A stretch of 64,000 nt of DNA, from positions 1 through 64,000 of the forward strand of contig NIVC01002796.1 of NCBI GenBank assembly GCA_002269645.1. Reading direction: 5' to 3'. Source of the stretch: Macrostomum lignano (taxonomy: Eukaryota). Positions 1 through 10,786 of the stretch are shown here, piece after piece (position 1 is the stretch's first letter; each line of letters starts with the position of its first letter). A program made the position numbers and the translations under genes. Below the pieces are notes generated by a model. The model was not told the DNA's origin and made no database searches. It saw nothing but the letters and a program-made list of their open reading frames with translations.

Positions 1-500
1 GGCGCCTCATTCTATTGATATCAACTGGCGCCTCATTCTATTGATATCAACTGGCGCCTCATTCTATTGATATCAACTGGCGCCTCATTCTATTGATATC
101 AACTGGCGCCTCATTCTATTGATATCAACTGGCCCTCATTCTATTGATATCAACTGGCGCCTCATTCTATTGATATCAACTGGCGCCTCATTCTATTGAT
201 ATCAACTGGCGCCTCATTCTATTGATATCAACTGGCGCCTCATTCTATTGATATCAACTGGCGCCTCATTCTACTCAGAAGCGCCTCATTCTACCAACCT
301 GCACCTATTCTATCACACTGCCACCTATTCTACCAACGCACCTATTCTACAACCTGCACCTATTCTACCAACCTGCACCTATTCTACCAACTGCACCTAT
401 TCTACCAACTTACGCCTTATTATACCAATTGGCGCCTCATTCTACCAATTGGTGCCTCATTCTACCAATTGGCGCCTCATTCTACCAATTGGCGCCTCAC
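1..500. repeat. Intronic minisatellite: 26-bp unit GGCGCCTCATTCTATTGATATCAACT (about 10 copies, 1-~270) decaying into related shorter units
   Basis: Unit recurs at 1, 27, 53 and onward; degenerate CCTATTCTACCAAC units continue to the acceptor at 526. Confidence 0.95.
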
Positions 501-526
501 CATTATTAGCGCCCCACTGTCCCCAG

Positions 527-2977
527 GCCTCATGATACGCGCCGCCCTCTCAAAATCCCAGTGGTCTGCTGCGGCCAGAAGACGGTCTGGTCCTACCGCA
601 CCCACGGCCTCAGCCGGCTGGGCCAGACGGACCTGCTGCTCCTCCTTGAGCACATCGCCATCGACAACGCCGCCCCAGCCGATCCGGTCGCTCTATTCGC
701 TGGCGTCCTCAAGAAGGCCAAGGAGGGCAGCACGGTGGGCGACATGGACCACACGGTATTCCAGGCCAGCGAGCGCGGATTCCTCGGAAGCCAGTACACC
801 GGCGGGGTGCTGTACTTCTTGGAGAGCGGCCAGTGCTTTCACGGCCTCGTACACCCGGCCGACTTTGGCAGCCTGCTGGCCTGCCGGCTGGTGCACAGGC
901 GGGAGCTGCCCTACCTGCTGCACTCGCCAACACGGCTGCTGCTGAGGCTGGGCGCCGAGGACGGCGTGTATCCGTGCGGCCTCATCAGCAACCGCTACCG
1001 GCCGCCAGTGTTCTACGAACCGGCCCGATCGGTCATGTCCATGTTCAGGGTAAGGAGATTCGCTAGTCTTAGACAGCTAAACTCGCATATCCCCATCTGC
1101 ACAATGTCTCCCTTTCTGCACTTGAAAATGCGCTAGACTCCCCTATTGGCGCTAGACTCCCCTATTGGCGCTAGACTCCCCTATTGGCGCTAGACTCCCC
1201 TATTGGCGCTAGACTCCCCTATTGGCGCTAGACTCCCCTATTGGCGCTAGACTCCCCTATTGGCGCTAGACTCCCCTATTGGCGCTAGACTCCCCTATTG
1301 GCGCTAGACTCCCCTATTGGCGCTAGACTCCCCTATTGGCGCTAGACTCCCCTATTGGCGCTAGACTCCCCTATTGGCGCTAGACTCCCCTATTGGCGCT
1401 AGACTCCCCTATTGGCGCTAGACTCCCCTATTGGCGCTAGACTCCCCTATTGGCGCTAGACTCCCCTATTGGCGCTAGACTCCCCTATTGGCGCTAGACT
1501 CCCCTATTGGCGCTAGACTCCCCTATTGGCGCTAGACTCCCCTATTGGCGCTAGACTCCCCTATTGGCGCTAGACTCCCCTATTGGCGCTAGACTCCCCT
1601 ATTGGCGCTAGACTCCCCTATTGGCGCTAGACTCCCCTATTGGCGCTAGACTCCCCTATTGGCGCTAGACTCCCCTATTGGCGCTAGACTCCCCTATTGG
1701 CGCTAGACTCCCCTATTGGCGCTAGACTCCCCTATTGGCGCTAGACTCCCCTATTGGCGCTAGACTCCCCTATTGGCGCTAGACTCCATCTTATTAGCGC
1801 TAGACTTCCCTATTAGCGCTAGACTTCCCTATTAGCGCTAGACTTCCCTATTAGCGCTAGACTCCATCTTATTAGCGCTAGACTCTCCTATTAGCGCTGG
1901 TTCTGCGCGAACCTTCAGGAGGCCGTCCCGCACCTGAGCGAAGGCCTGGTGCCGCGGCTGCGCGACTGCAACCTGACGCTGGAAAGCAACGGCATCGTCG
2001 TGGTGTCGATCTCTGGCCGGCGCCAGGCCGACCTGGCCAGCCTGCTCAGCGTGTACGCTCCGGACACCGATGGAGTGCTGGCGCTGGCTGGCGAGCTCTG
2101 CCAGTCAGCCGATGCGCACCTGGTTGCCAGGGAGTCGCCTGGAGGCGAATTTGAAACCGTCCTGTTCTCCGCTGCAGGACGACCGCAGATCTGGCCGGCT
2201 GGGGGACTGCCGGCCACGGCTGGGGTGTCTGTTGGGGTGAGTGCTGTCCGGATGGAGGACAGAGGCTGGGGTTGATGCTGAGGGTGAGTGCTGTCCGAAT
2301 AGAGGACTGAGGCTGGGGTGTCTGCAGGGGGTGAGTGCTGTCCGGATGGAGGACTGAGGCTGGGGTGTCTGCAGGGGATGAGTGCTGTCCGGATAGAGGA
2401 CTGAGGCTAGGGTGTCTGCAGGGGGTGAGTGCTGTCCGGGTGGGTGTTATTGCAAGAAAAGTACATTTATTCGTGATGTCTCCCCACCAAAAAATGTAGC
2501 GCCTGCAGTCACTGGCCTCGGCTTTATAGCACTGTCCACTCGACTGGGGCAGCGGATCAACAGGGCTGCTTGGCGGCCATCGTGGAAGACGGTCTTGGCG
2601 TTATCTGCAGCCGGCAGGACATGTGGAGCCTACTGCAGGTGAGAACTTGCAAGTCCTGCAGCATCATCACTCCTGCATCATCATCACTCCTGCACCATCA
2701 TCACTCCTGCAGCATCATAACTCCTGCAGCATCATCACTCCTGCAGCATCATCACTCCTGCACCATCATCACTCCTGCACCATCATCACTCCTGCACCAT
2801 CATCACTCCTGCACCTGTATCCTGCATCGCTCGATCATCAAACCAAAAATCTCGCAGAGCCTGAACGAAGCCGAAGACTTTGTGCTGCCACTCGACTGGC
2901 TGTTCTTGCACGACCGACGCGAACCAATGCGAAGTTCCAGTATCCGGTTTGTATGGCGCCACCTGCCTGGGGAGTGA
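527..2977 (+). CDS. SARA/endofin (ZFYVE9/ZFYVE16)-like protein, C-terminal part; 5' exons lie upstream of the window
   Basis: Exons ~527-1049, ~1919-2236, ~2509-2638, 2858-2977. Motifs GFLGSQYTGGVLY, PTRLLLRLGAEDGVYPC, DAHLVARE, VTGLGF...IVEDG and SLNEAEDF match the remembered SARA C-terminal region (SFLGSKEHGGFLY, PIRLMLRLGAEYRLYPC, ADSHLVC, VTGASF...IVEDG, ALREMKDF). Apparent 1-nt frame break at 2546-2549; exon 2/3 junction phase uncertain. Confidence 0.8.
1130..1898. repeat. Intronic minisatellite, 19-bp unit GCGCTAGACTCCCCTATTG (about 40 copies)
   Basis: Near-perfect tandem array filling most of the SARA intron. Confidence 0.95.
2218..2440. repeat. ~47-bp tandem repeat overlapping the exon/intron junction; units contain GTGAGT and some TGTCTGCAG
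   Basis: About 4.5 copies of GGCTGGGGTGTCTGCAGGGGGTGAGTGCTGTCCGGATGGAGGACTGA. Confidence 0.85.
2655..2820. repeat. Degenerate CATCAT/CACTCCTGCA minisatellite in intron
   Basis: Repeating TCCTGCA(C/G)CATCAT(CAC) units between the donor at 2639 and the acceptor at 2857. Confidence 0.85.
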
Positions 2978-3935
2978 ACGGCGTCCTGGCTCCAACATTG
3001 TAGTGCTAATTGGGAACTATAACTGCATCTAAATTATTTTGACTACCACCTGTCACCTTACCAATTGTTAGCTCTGCCTTGTCAAATCGTTACAAAAGAC
3101 GTTTGATCTACTCGTCTACTCGTCTACTCAATTTCTAACCCTCTACTGTCAGTAGTAGATCATGCTTAAAACGACTCCTTATATTTTATGTCTGGTGTTG
3201 GCAAATTTACAAGAATATGTAACAGCAGACGGACAGAGATAGTTTTTAACCAACCAGCCAGTCATAATAATCATGCGCTTCAGTGTGTAAAATCTAGAAA
3301 GCTTACCGTTTTCTGGACGCTTTGCCTCGGACCTGCTAATTTTCTGGTAGCTTATAATTGGCTTTAAAAATTTGCCTCATCTTCAAATTTCATTTTCAAG
3401 TCAGGTATAAGGAGAAGGTTGAAATGAGTAACGACGCGAACATTTGCACTTTAACAGGGAAGAAAAACCCCTCGCGTCTTTAGTCTCACAACTGCCTAAG
3501 CCAAGCTACCCCATTGCATTGCCAACTCAACCAAGCAGGCGAGAGGCTGCGGGTGACCCAGTCAGAACTATTGAAAGAGATCGGCTACGGTTCTGGCATT
3601 ACAGATGCTACGGCAACCACCGGGTGGAAGTCAACAACTAGTGCGGCACTGGGGTTGTGGGTTGATGGAAGCATGTCGTGCCTGAGAAGCTGGGGGCTGA
3701 GGTGTCTTCCATCCCTACCAAGAAATTCTCAGAGAAATTGTTAGGGTTGAAGAGGCTATATGAAAGATAGCCTAGCAGAGAGCCAGCTTGAGTTTTGCTC
3801 TCTCAAAGCTGAATTGTGCTCAAGAGCCAAAAAAACAATACGTATATAGCTCGTGGAAAACTGACAGGCCAGAAGTCAAGAAGCCAAGCCTTGTATTCAT
3901 ATAACTTTTGCCCTCTAGCTCAAACTCAGTCTGAA

Positions 3936-6093
3936 ATGCTCCAACGAAGCCAGCTTACTGAGCTGGCAGCCCTGTGGACTGTGTGCGCCATCATCCTGTC
4001 GGCAGGCAGGCTGACAGACGGGCAGGTTCTCAACTCCGCGGTGCTGTGCAAGGCGGACCGATGCTACAACATCAGCATTCTTGGAAACGGTGACTACTTG
4101 AGTAGCTATTGCGCCAGCTTCGGGATGCAGAAGCTCGACCAGATATCGTTTGAACTGTTCACTGCTAACATAGCAGCACTGACTAGGTGAGCCCTACTGA
4201 ATCTGTTCACTGCTAACATAGCAGCTCTGACTAGGTGAGCCCTACTGAATCTGTTCACTGCTAACATAGCAGCTCTGACTAGGTGAGCCCTACTGAATCT
4301 GTTCACTGCTAACATAGCAGCACTGACTAGGTGAGCCCTACTGAATCTGTTCACTGCTAACATAGCAGCACTGACTAGGTGAGCCCTACTGAATCTGTTC
4401 ACTGCTAACATAGCAGCTCTGACTAGGTGAGCCCTACTGAATCTGTTCACTGCTAACATAGCAGCTCTGACTAGGTGAGCCCTACTGAATCTGTTCACTG
4501 CTAACATAGCAGCACTGACTAGGTGAGCCCTACTGAATCTGTTCACTGCTAACATAGCAGCTCTGACTAGGTGAGCCCTACTGAATCTGTAGCACTGACT
4601 AGACGACCCCAACCAGCCTTAACCTGCAGAATAGAGGGACTGGCGTGAAGCATTGCGGACCGTAGCTTGTAGGCCTAGTCCATCTCATAATTCACTGGAA
4701 TGCTAAACTGGAATGCCTCGGATGACGGATGACGGGCAGCCAGAAAGCTCATAGTTGGAAATAGAAAATCAATAATTATCGTGAGTTTTCTGTTGACGAT
4801 TCGTCCCTACGAGAAACGACGATCGTAAAAAGAGCTCGTACGAGCTACATCCTTACCTGACTTTCCAGTGGCGTCAGTGAGACGACGTACTGGACTGGCG
4901 TCCACAGGGCCGCTCGCACCAGCCCGGCAGACAGGGTGTTCGCCTGGCGCAGCCAGACCAGCCAGCTGTACGTCTCCAGCACCGACGTGAGCCCGTCTAG
5001 CGAAGTCTTCACCAGCACGGAGGAAGACCCAACAGTGGGTGTGATCACGGACACCACAATCAACGTGACTAATTGGAACTCGATAAAAGTAGATAACAGC
5101 GGCTACGCCATCTGCATGTGCGTGTGTCCGATATCCAACCTGACCTGCTGCCCAGCACCGGCTTCTGGCTACACCTGCGCCAACTCGAGCGACGGTCGCT
5201 CCTTTTGCTTTCGACGTGGCGACTCCAAAAAGAAGTACTGGGAGGCGCCGACCATGTGCAGCCTGGCCAGCGGAGAGACGCTGATTGATCTGACTGAGAC
5301 CGCTGCTCGAGTGGCCTTTCATGCGTACGTTTCACTGTACACAGTCTCTGGTTCTTTTTCCCTTTATGGATAATAATAATTAGAAAAACCCCTTTCCAGT
5401 GTTTTCAACACCTTCAAGGCCGGTTGTCATGACACCTGCCTGATGGCTTTCGAGGAGCTGCCGTACAGGTTCAACGATAGCTATGGGCCGAAACTGCTTG
5501 CGGAAGGTTTCCCTTTGAAGGAGGGATACTTGAAGCAGAAAACAGACGATGCCAGGTACGGAATTACCATTGAAAAAGACTCTGGCACAGGAGGAATCAG
5601 GTACCTGGAAGAGAGGGACACCAGCGGGGGTTCTGGCCAGTTTGTATGCACTGCCACACCTGTAGAAACGACTACAACTACTACAACTACTACGCCGACT
5701 ACCACAACTACATCAACTACCACAACAACTACGCCGACTACCACAACAACTGCATCGACTACCACAACAACTGCATCGACTACCACAACAACTACTACGC
5801 CGACTACCACAACAACTACACCGACTACCACAACTACTACGCCGACTACCACTACAATTGCGCCGAGTACTACAACCACACCTACTATCCCCACCCCGAT
5901 AGCATCGACTGCTACCAAGCAGGCTTCAGCTGTCACTCCGCTGTCAGAGGAGCAAGTCGTGGCCATTAACATTCAAAACTACGAGAATTCAAAAGAGAAG
6001 GCGACATTCTATTTGGTCCCTGTTGTGTTTCTGGTTCTGGCAGTGCTGATTACTTATTACTTTGGGCGACTTGCTTATCAAATGGGCGTCTAA
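3936..6093 (+). CDS. Type-I membrane protein, copy 1: signal peptide, two C-type-lectin-like domains, Thr-rich mucin stalk, TM helix, short tail
   Basis: Exons 3936-4186, 4869-5324, 5400-6093 with GT-AG junctions in matching phase (2,2). Hydrophobic N-terminus, CKADRCY..C, YWTG...FAW, FVC, poly-Thr/Pro, TM FYLVPVVFLVLAVLITYYFG. No EPN/QPD or WND motif, so the lectin fold is inferred. Confidence 0.75.
4155..4590. repeat. 48-bp tandem repeat (9 copies) made of the end of exon 1 plus its 5' splice site
   Basis: Unit CTGTTCACTGCTAACATAGCAGC(A/T)CTGACTAG|GTGAGCCCTACTGAAT; donors at 4187, 4235 ... 4571. Confidence 0.95.
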
Positions 6094-7117
6094 CGTTTCC
6101 GAGCAAAAAAATAACACAAAAGCTGTTTCTTATGAAGAAGCGTTTTAGATATGTATTGTCTGTCATTGAATGAATCATTGGTAGTGAATGTTGTGCGCAA
6201 ATTTCTCACATCTTGACGCTCGTACGCGATATGTTTACTAAGATAACATCATGCAAAGTTGATGGAGGGATGCTGGAAGTTCCGAAGTTCTGAAATCGAA
6301 AATGCTTTTGAGTTTTTACTCAATCTAGTGAACTCTTTTTCTAGTTTAGTTTTTCAAGCCTTTTTTCCCGTTTTACAGTTAAAAAATTCAGAACAATATT
6401 CTTGTATCAAGATTCGAGTTTTGAAAAACATTATTGAAATAATAAACATTAATACACATTTATTACAATATACGGGAGCATGATCCCAAATTCTGACAGA
6501 GCTATGATCCCCTGTGCAGATAATCAAAAGGAGTTACTTCTGAGGTTTTTTTAAGCTATCTCATACTGATTCTGTGAAGGCGATGAGCTGACTAAAAATT
6601 TCCACTCATAGCACACTACTGAAAGTATACAGACGCCAGTAAAATATAAAAACAACACATAGAGCAGGCAAAAAAACTGGTAAAATTGTGCTTCAACAAC
6701 ACTGGACCACGTGAAGGGAGACACAAAAGTGCAACTGCTTAGCAGATTGCATCACCTGACTGCAGCAACCCGTGCTCAGAATATTTTAGTAACCATTGCC
6801 ACATAGGTGAGTTCCTGTAACACGGTCAGGTCTGGCTTTCCAGCTTACAGAAGGCTGAGCTGAAGGGGTGCCGGCAACAAACAATAAGCGAGACATGGCA
6901 AGCAAGACTTTTGAGAAAGACACCAAGGATCGATAATTGGTCTCTGAGGGAGACACCAGCAGTAGGGCGAAAACAGACAAGAAAAGCTCTCAGCTGCCTT
7001 CTGAGTTGAGGGCTGCAGATGACTTTTAAAGTCAACCAACTCCCTGCTGAGGAGGTTAAAACAATTCAGAAACTCTTGGCGCTGCTCACAGCTGCCTCTG
7101 AGACGGAGTAGTCTGAA

Positions 7118-9069
7118 ATGCTCCAACGAAGCCAGCTTACTGAGCTGGCAGCCCTGTGGACTGTGTGCGCCATCATCCTGTCGGCAGGCAGGCTGACAGA
7201 CGGGCAGGTCCTCAGCTCCGCGGTGCTGTGCAAGGCGGACCGATGCTACAACATCAGCATTCTGGGAGACGCAGACTTCGTGGGCACCTACTGTTCTAGT
7301 TATGGAATGCAGAATTTGGACCAACCATCGTTTGAACTCTTCTTCGAAAATACCGCAACTCTGACCAGGTGAGCAGGACTGGAACTTGTAAATAGTTAGC
7401 TAATTAGCGCAGCTGACAGCAACTCGTTTGGGCTGAAATCAAGAGCCATCAGTGAGCTGTCAGTGAGCTAACTTTCTCCGAAACTTTCCGCGCCGCAGCG
7501 GCGTCAGCGCGTCAAGATACTGGACTGGCGCCCGCATGGCCGCCCGCACAAGCCCGGCAGACAGGGTGTTCGCCTGGCGCAGCCAGACCAGTCAGCTGTA
7601 CGTCTCCAGCACCGACGTGAGCCCGTCTAGCGAAGTCTTCACCAGCACGGAGGAAGACCCAACAGTCGGTGTCATCACGGACACCACAGTTGACGTGACT
7701 AATTGGAACTCTAGAGAAATAAATGACGATGGCTACGCCATCTGCATGTGCGTGTGTCCGATATCCAACCTGACCTGCTGCCCAGCACCGGCTTCTGGCT
7801 ACACCTGCACCAACTCGAGCGACGGCCGCTCCTTCTGCTTTCGACGTGGCGACTCCAAAAAGGATTTCTGGGAGGCGCCGACCATGTGCAGCCTGGCCAG
7901 CGGAGAGACGCTGATTGATCTGACTGAGACCGCTGCTCGGGTGGCCTTTCAAAGGTGAGCTGTGTCGCTTATTTGACTGCTCGAACTGCTTGATATTTAT
8001 ATACATACGAGGCGCATGTAGGTGTATGCTACTCTCGTATTCCAGCGTGTTCAACTCCTTCAAGACCCGCTGTCAGTACGATTTCTGCCTTATGGCATAC
8101 GAGGTAATGCAGTACAGGTTCAATGACAGCTATGGCGCCAACCTGAGAGCTGACGGATTCGCTTTGAATGACGGATATCTAAGAGAGAAAACAACCGATT
8201 TCCAGAGAGTGATTGTCGTTGAAAAAGGTAGTCCTCAGTATCTAAAAGAGCAGGGCAGTTCCAGTTCATCTCAGTTTGTGTGCACTCTTCTGGTCAACAT
8301 TACTGACACAACTGCGCCGACCACCACAACTGCGCCGACCACCACAACTGCGCCGACCACCACAACTGCGCCGACCACCACAACTGCGCCGACCACCACA
8401 ACTGCGCCGACCACCACAACTGCGCCGACCACCACAACTGCGCCGACCACCACAACAACTGAGCCGACCACCACAACTGCGCCGACCACCACAACAACTG
8501 AGCCGACCACCACAACTGCGCCGACCACCACAACAACTGAGCCGACCACCACAACTGCGCCGACCACCACAACTGCGCCGACCACCACAACTGCGCCGAC
8601 CACCACAACTGCGCCGACCACCACAACTGCGCCGACCACCACAACTGCGCCGACCACCACAACTGCGCCGACCACCACAACTGCGCCGACCACCACAACA
8701 ACTGAGCCGACCACCACAACTGCGCCGACCACCACAACTGCGCCGACCACAACAACTGCGCCGACCACCACAACTGCGCCGACCACAACAACTGCGCCGA
8801 CCACCACAACTATGCCAACCACCACAACCACACCCCCCAAAACAATGTCGCCCACCACCACGTCGCCTGCAGCAGCCTCTGAAACGAGCCAGGCGCCCAT
8901 CACCGCAGTTTCTCCCCTATCTGAGGAGCAACTCATCGCCATCAACACGCAGAACTATGAGAATTCTAAGAAGCAGGCCATTTTCTATTTAGTTCCCTTG
9001 GCCTTCGTGGTCCTGGCTGCTCTGATAACTTACTACTTTGGCAGACTGGCGTTCCGAATGGGACTTTGA
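7118..9069 (+). CDS. CTLD-CTLD-mucin-TM protein, copy 2 (intact)
   Basis: Exons 7118-7368, 7499-7954, 8046-9069; exons 1 and 2 have the same lengths as in copy 1 (251 and 456 nt). Stalk is an 18-bp TAPTTT coding VNTR (~8310-8820). Confidence 0.8.
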
Positions 9070-10786
9070 TTGCTTTGAGAGTCGGCTGCACCCACAATTT
9101 GGCCGGAAGATTTGGAAATTTCTGTTTAATGCATCGGCACCCGAGTCAAACTGAAACTGGAATTCTGAACTGGGAAGAAAAGAACTGTTTGTTTTTCGTC
9201 TAAATAATGTTAGAATTGAAACTATAGACCTCGATTTCTTTGAACTACTGATTAAAAAAGTTTCTTTCCAACTGTTTGACACGGAAACTAAAAGTAAAAC
9301 ATCGGGTCTTTGGAATTTGTCTCTTTAATGCATCGTTAAAAGACTTCTTTGTCTCGTCTTTGCCTTTTTAAAACCTGTTTTAAAACTGAAGAGATGTCAG
9401 GCTGCGAAAAATTCTATCGGAGTCAATTATCTGCTCATAGTAGTATGAATTGCTTTTTTCTGAGTGATTATTGTCATTGTCAAACAGCAGAATCAGCTAA
9501 TACTTCTATCTTTTACTATCTTTCTTGACGAGGGAGAGAGAGACTATAATTCAAGAACTCAATAGAAATCAACTGATCAGTAACGGCCGGCAATGACTCA
9601 CCTCTCGATAATAAAATAACAAAGACTTCAACAAAGGCTTACTGATTCGTATACACTTCTCTCGGAGATGTAGTCTCGTTTTGATTCTAGTTCTGGATAA
9701 ATCTCAAGTTCTCATGAGGCTGCTCCGAGTCGGACCTCGAGCCGACCTTGGGCTCAACAGGTTTTTTATGAGGTTACAAAAGGAATTTTATAGTTTAATT
9801 GAGGATGGGCTTTTTTAATAGAAAGGTTGAGATTTGGGTCAATTTCAGGTTAACATTTACCATACCATATTTGGAAGCTCTAAAATTAGATGTTGAGAGC
9901 CGGTCTTTCGCACAATAGGATGGTCATTCACTGTTTTCGTGATGATACTAGTAAAAGTGAAGCTTTACGAGTTCTTCTTCTAGTTCTTTACAAGTTCTTC
10001 TTTCAAGAAGATTTTTCATAAATTAAAGTGTTCAATATTCTCTTTCTAGCAGCGGTCTTTCTCTCTTCTCGGCTTTTTACAGACAGCTCAGGCTGGCCTA
10101 CATGTGTCAGTTTGCACACAACAGACAGCAGAGTTTTGCGCCAGCTTTTGCTAAAGTTATCATAAGTTCGGTTTGGTTGAAACGATTTTCACAAATTTGC
10201 TTTTCAATCTAAAGCTGAACAAAGTTTTGCAGTATCTGAGCAACGATTCACAGCATCCTGAGTTGTTAGATATTGTTGACAAAAGTGTTAACATTTTCGA
10301 TTTAGACATAAAAACTTTCAAAGAATCGCAAATTTGATGTAAGATGCATGCCAACAAAGCTGCTTATGATTACGAACTAGAAACCACTTGGTAGCTGATG
10401 CGTTAGTTGTATCATATTTAAGAACTGCGTGGGTGGAACTCTTGAAAGTTCCAGCAAATTTTGCTTGTCACCCCATACAGTGGAAGGCAAAACGTAGGCG
10501 GCCCGTGGCGTCACGGTTGGAGGGGGGGGGGGAGGTGGAACGGCTGCGGCACTGGGAACTGCAAAGAAGATTAAGAATCTAGAATTTTGTGGAATTTTCC
10601 CTGAGCGATGCAGGAGGGGGCGAGGCAAGAAAAGTGCGGACTGCGCATCCAACGACAATGGAACGCGAATACAATGGGTTGGCTTGGCGCTAGAGTTGGC
10701 TTTAAATTCGTGAAATTCCCAACCAAGGAACAATACAGAAACTTTAGACGCTGCTCACAACTGCCTCTGTGTCAGAGTAGTCTGAA

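Noticed and set aside
3514-3744. ORF with WVDGS, possible extra lectin or SARA exon
   Set aside because: No convincing splice sites or further motif support.
9700-10330. AT-rich reading-frame remnants between lectin copies 2 and 3
   Set aside because: Multiple stops and no recognisable domain.
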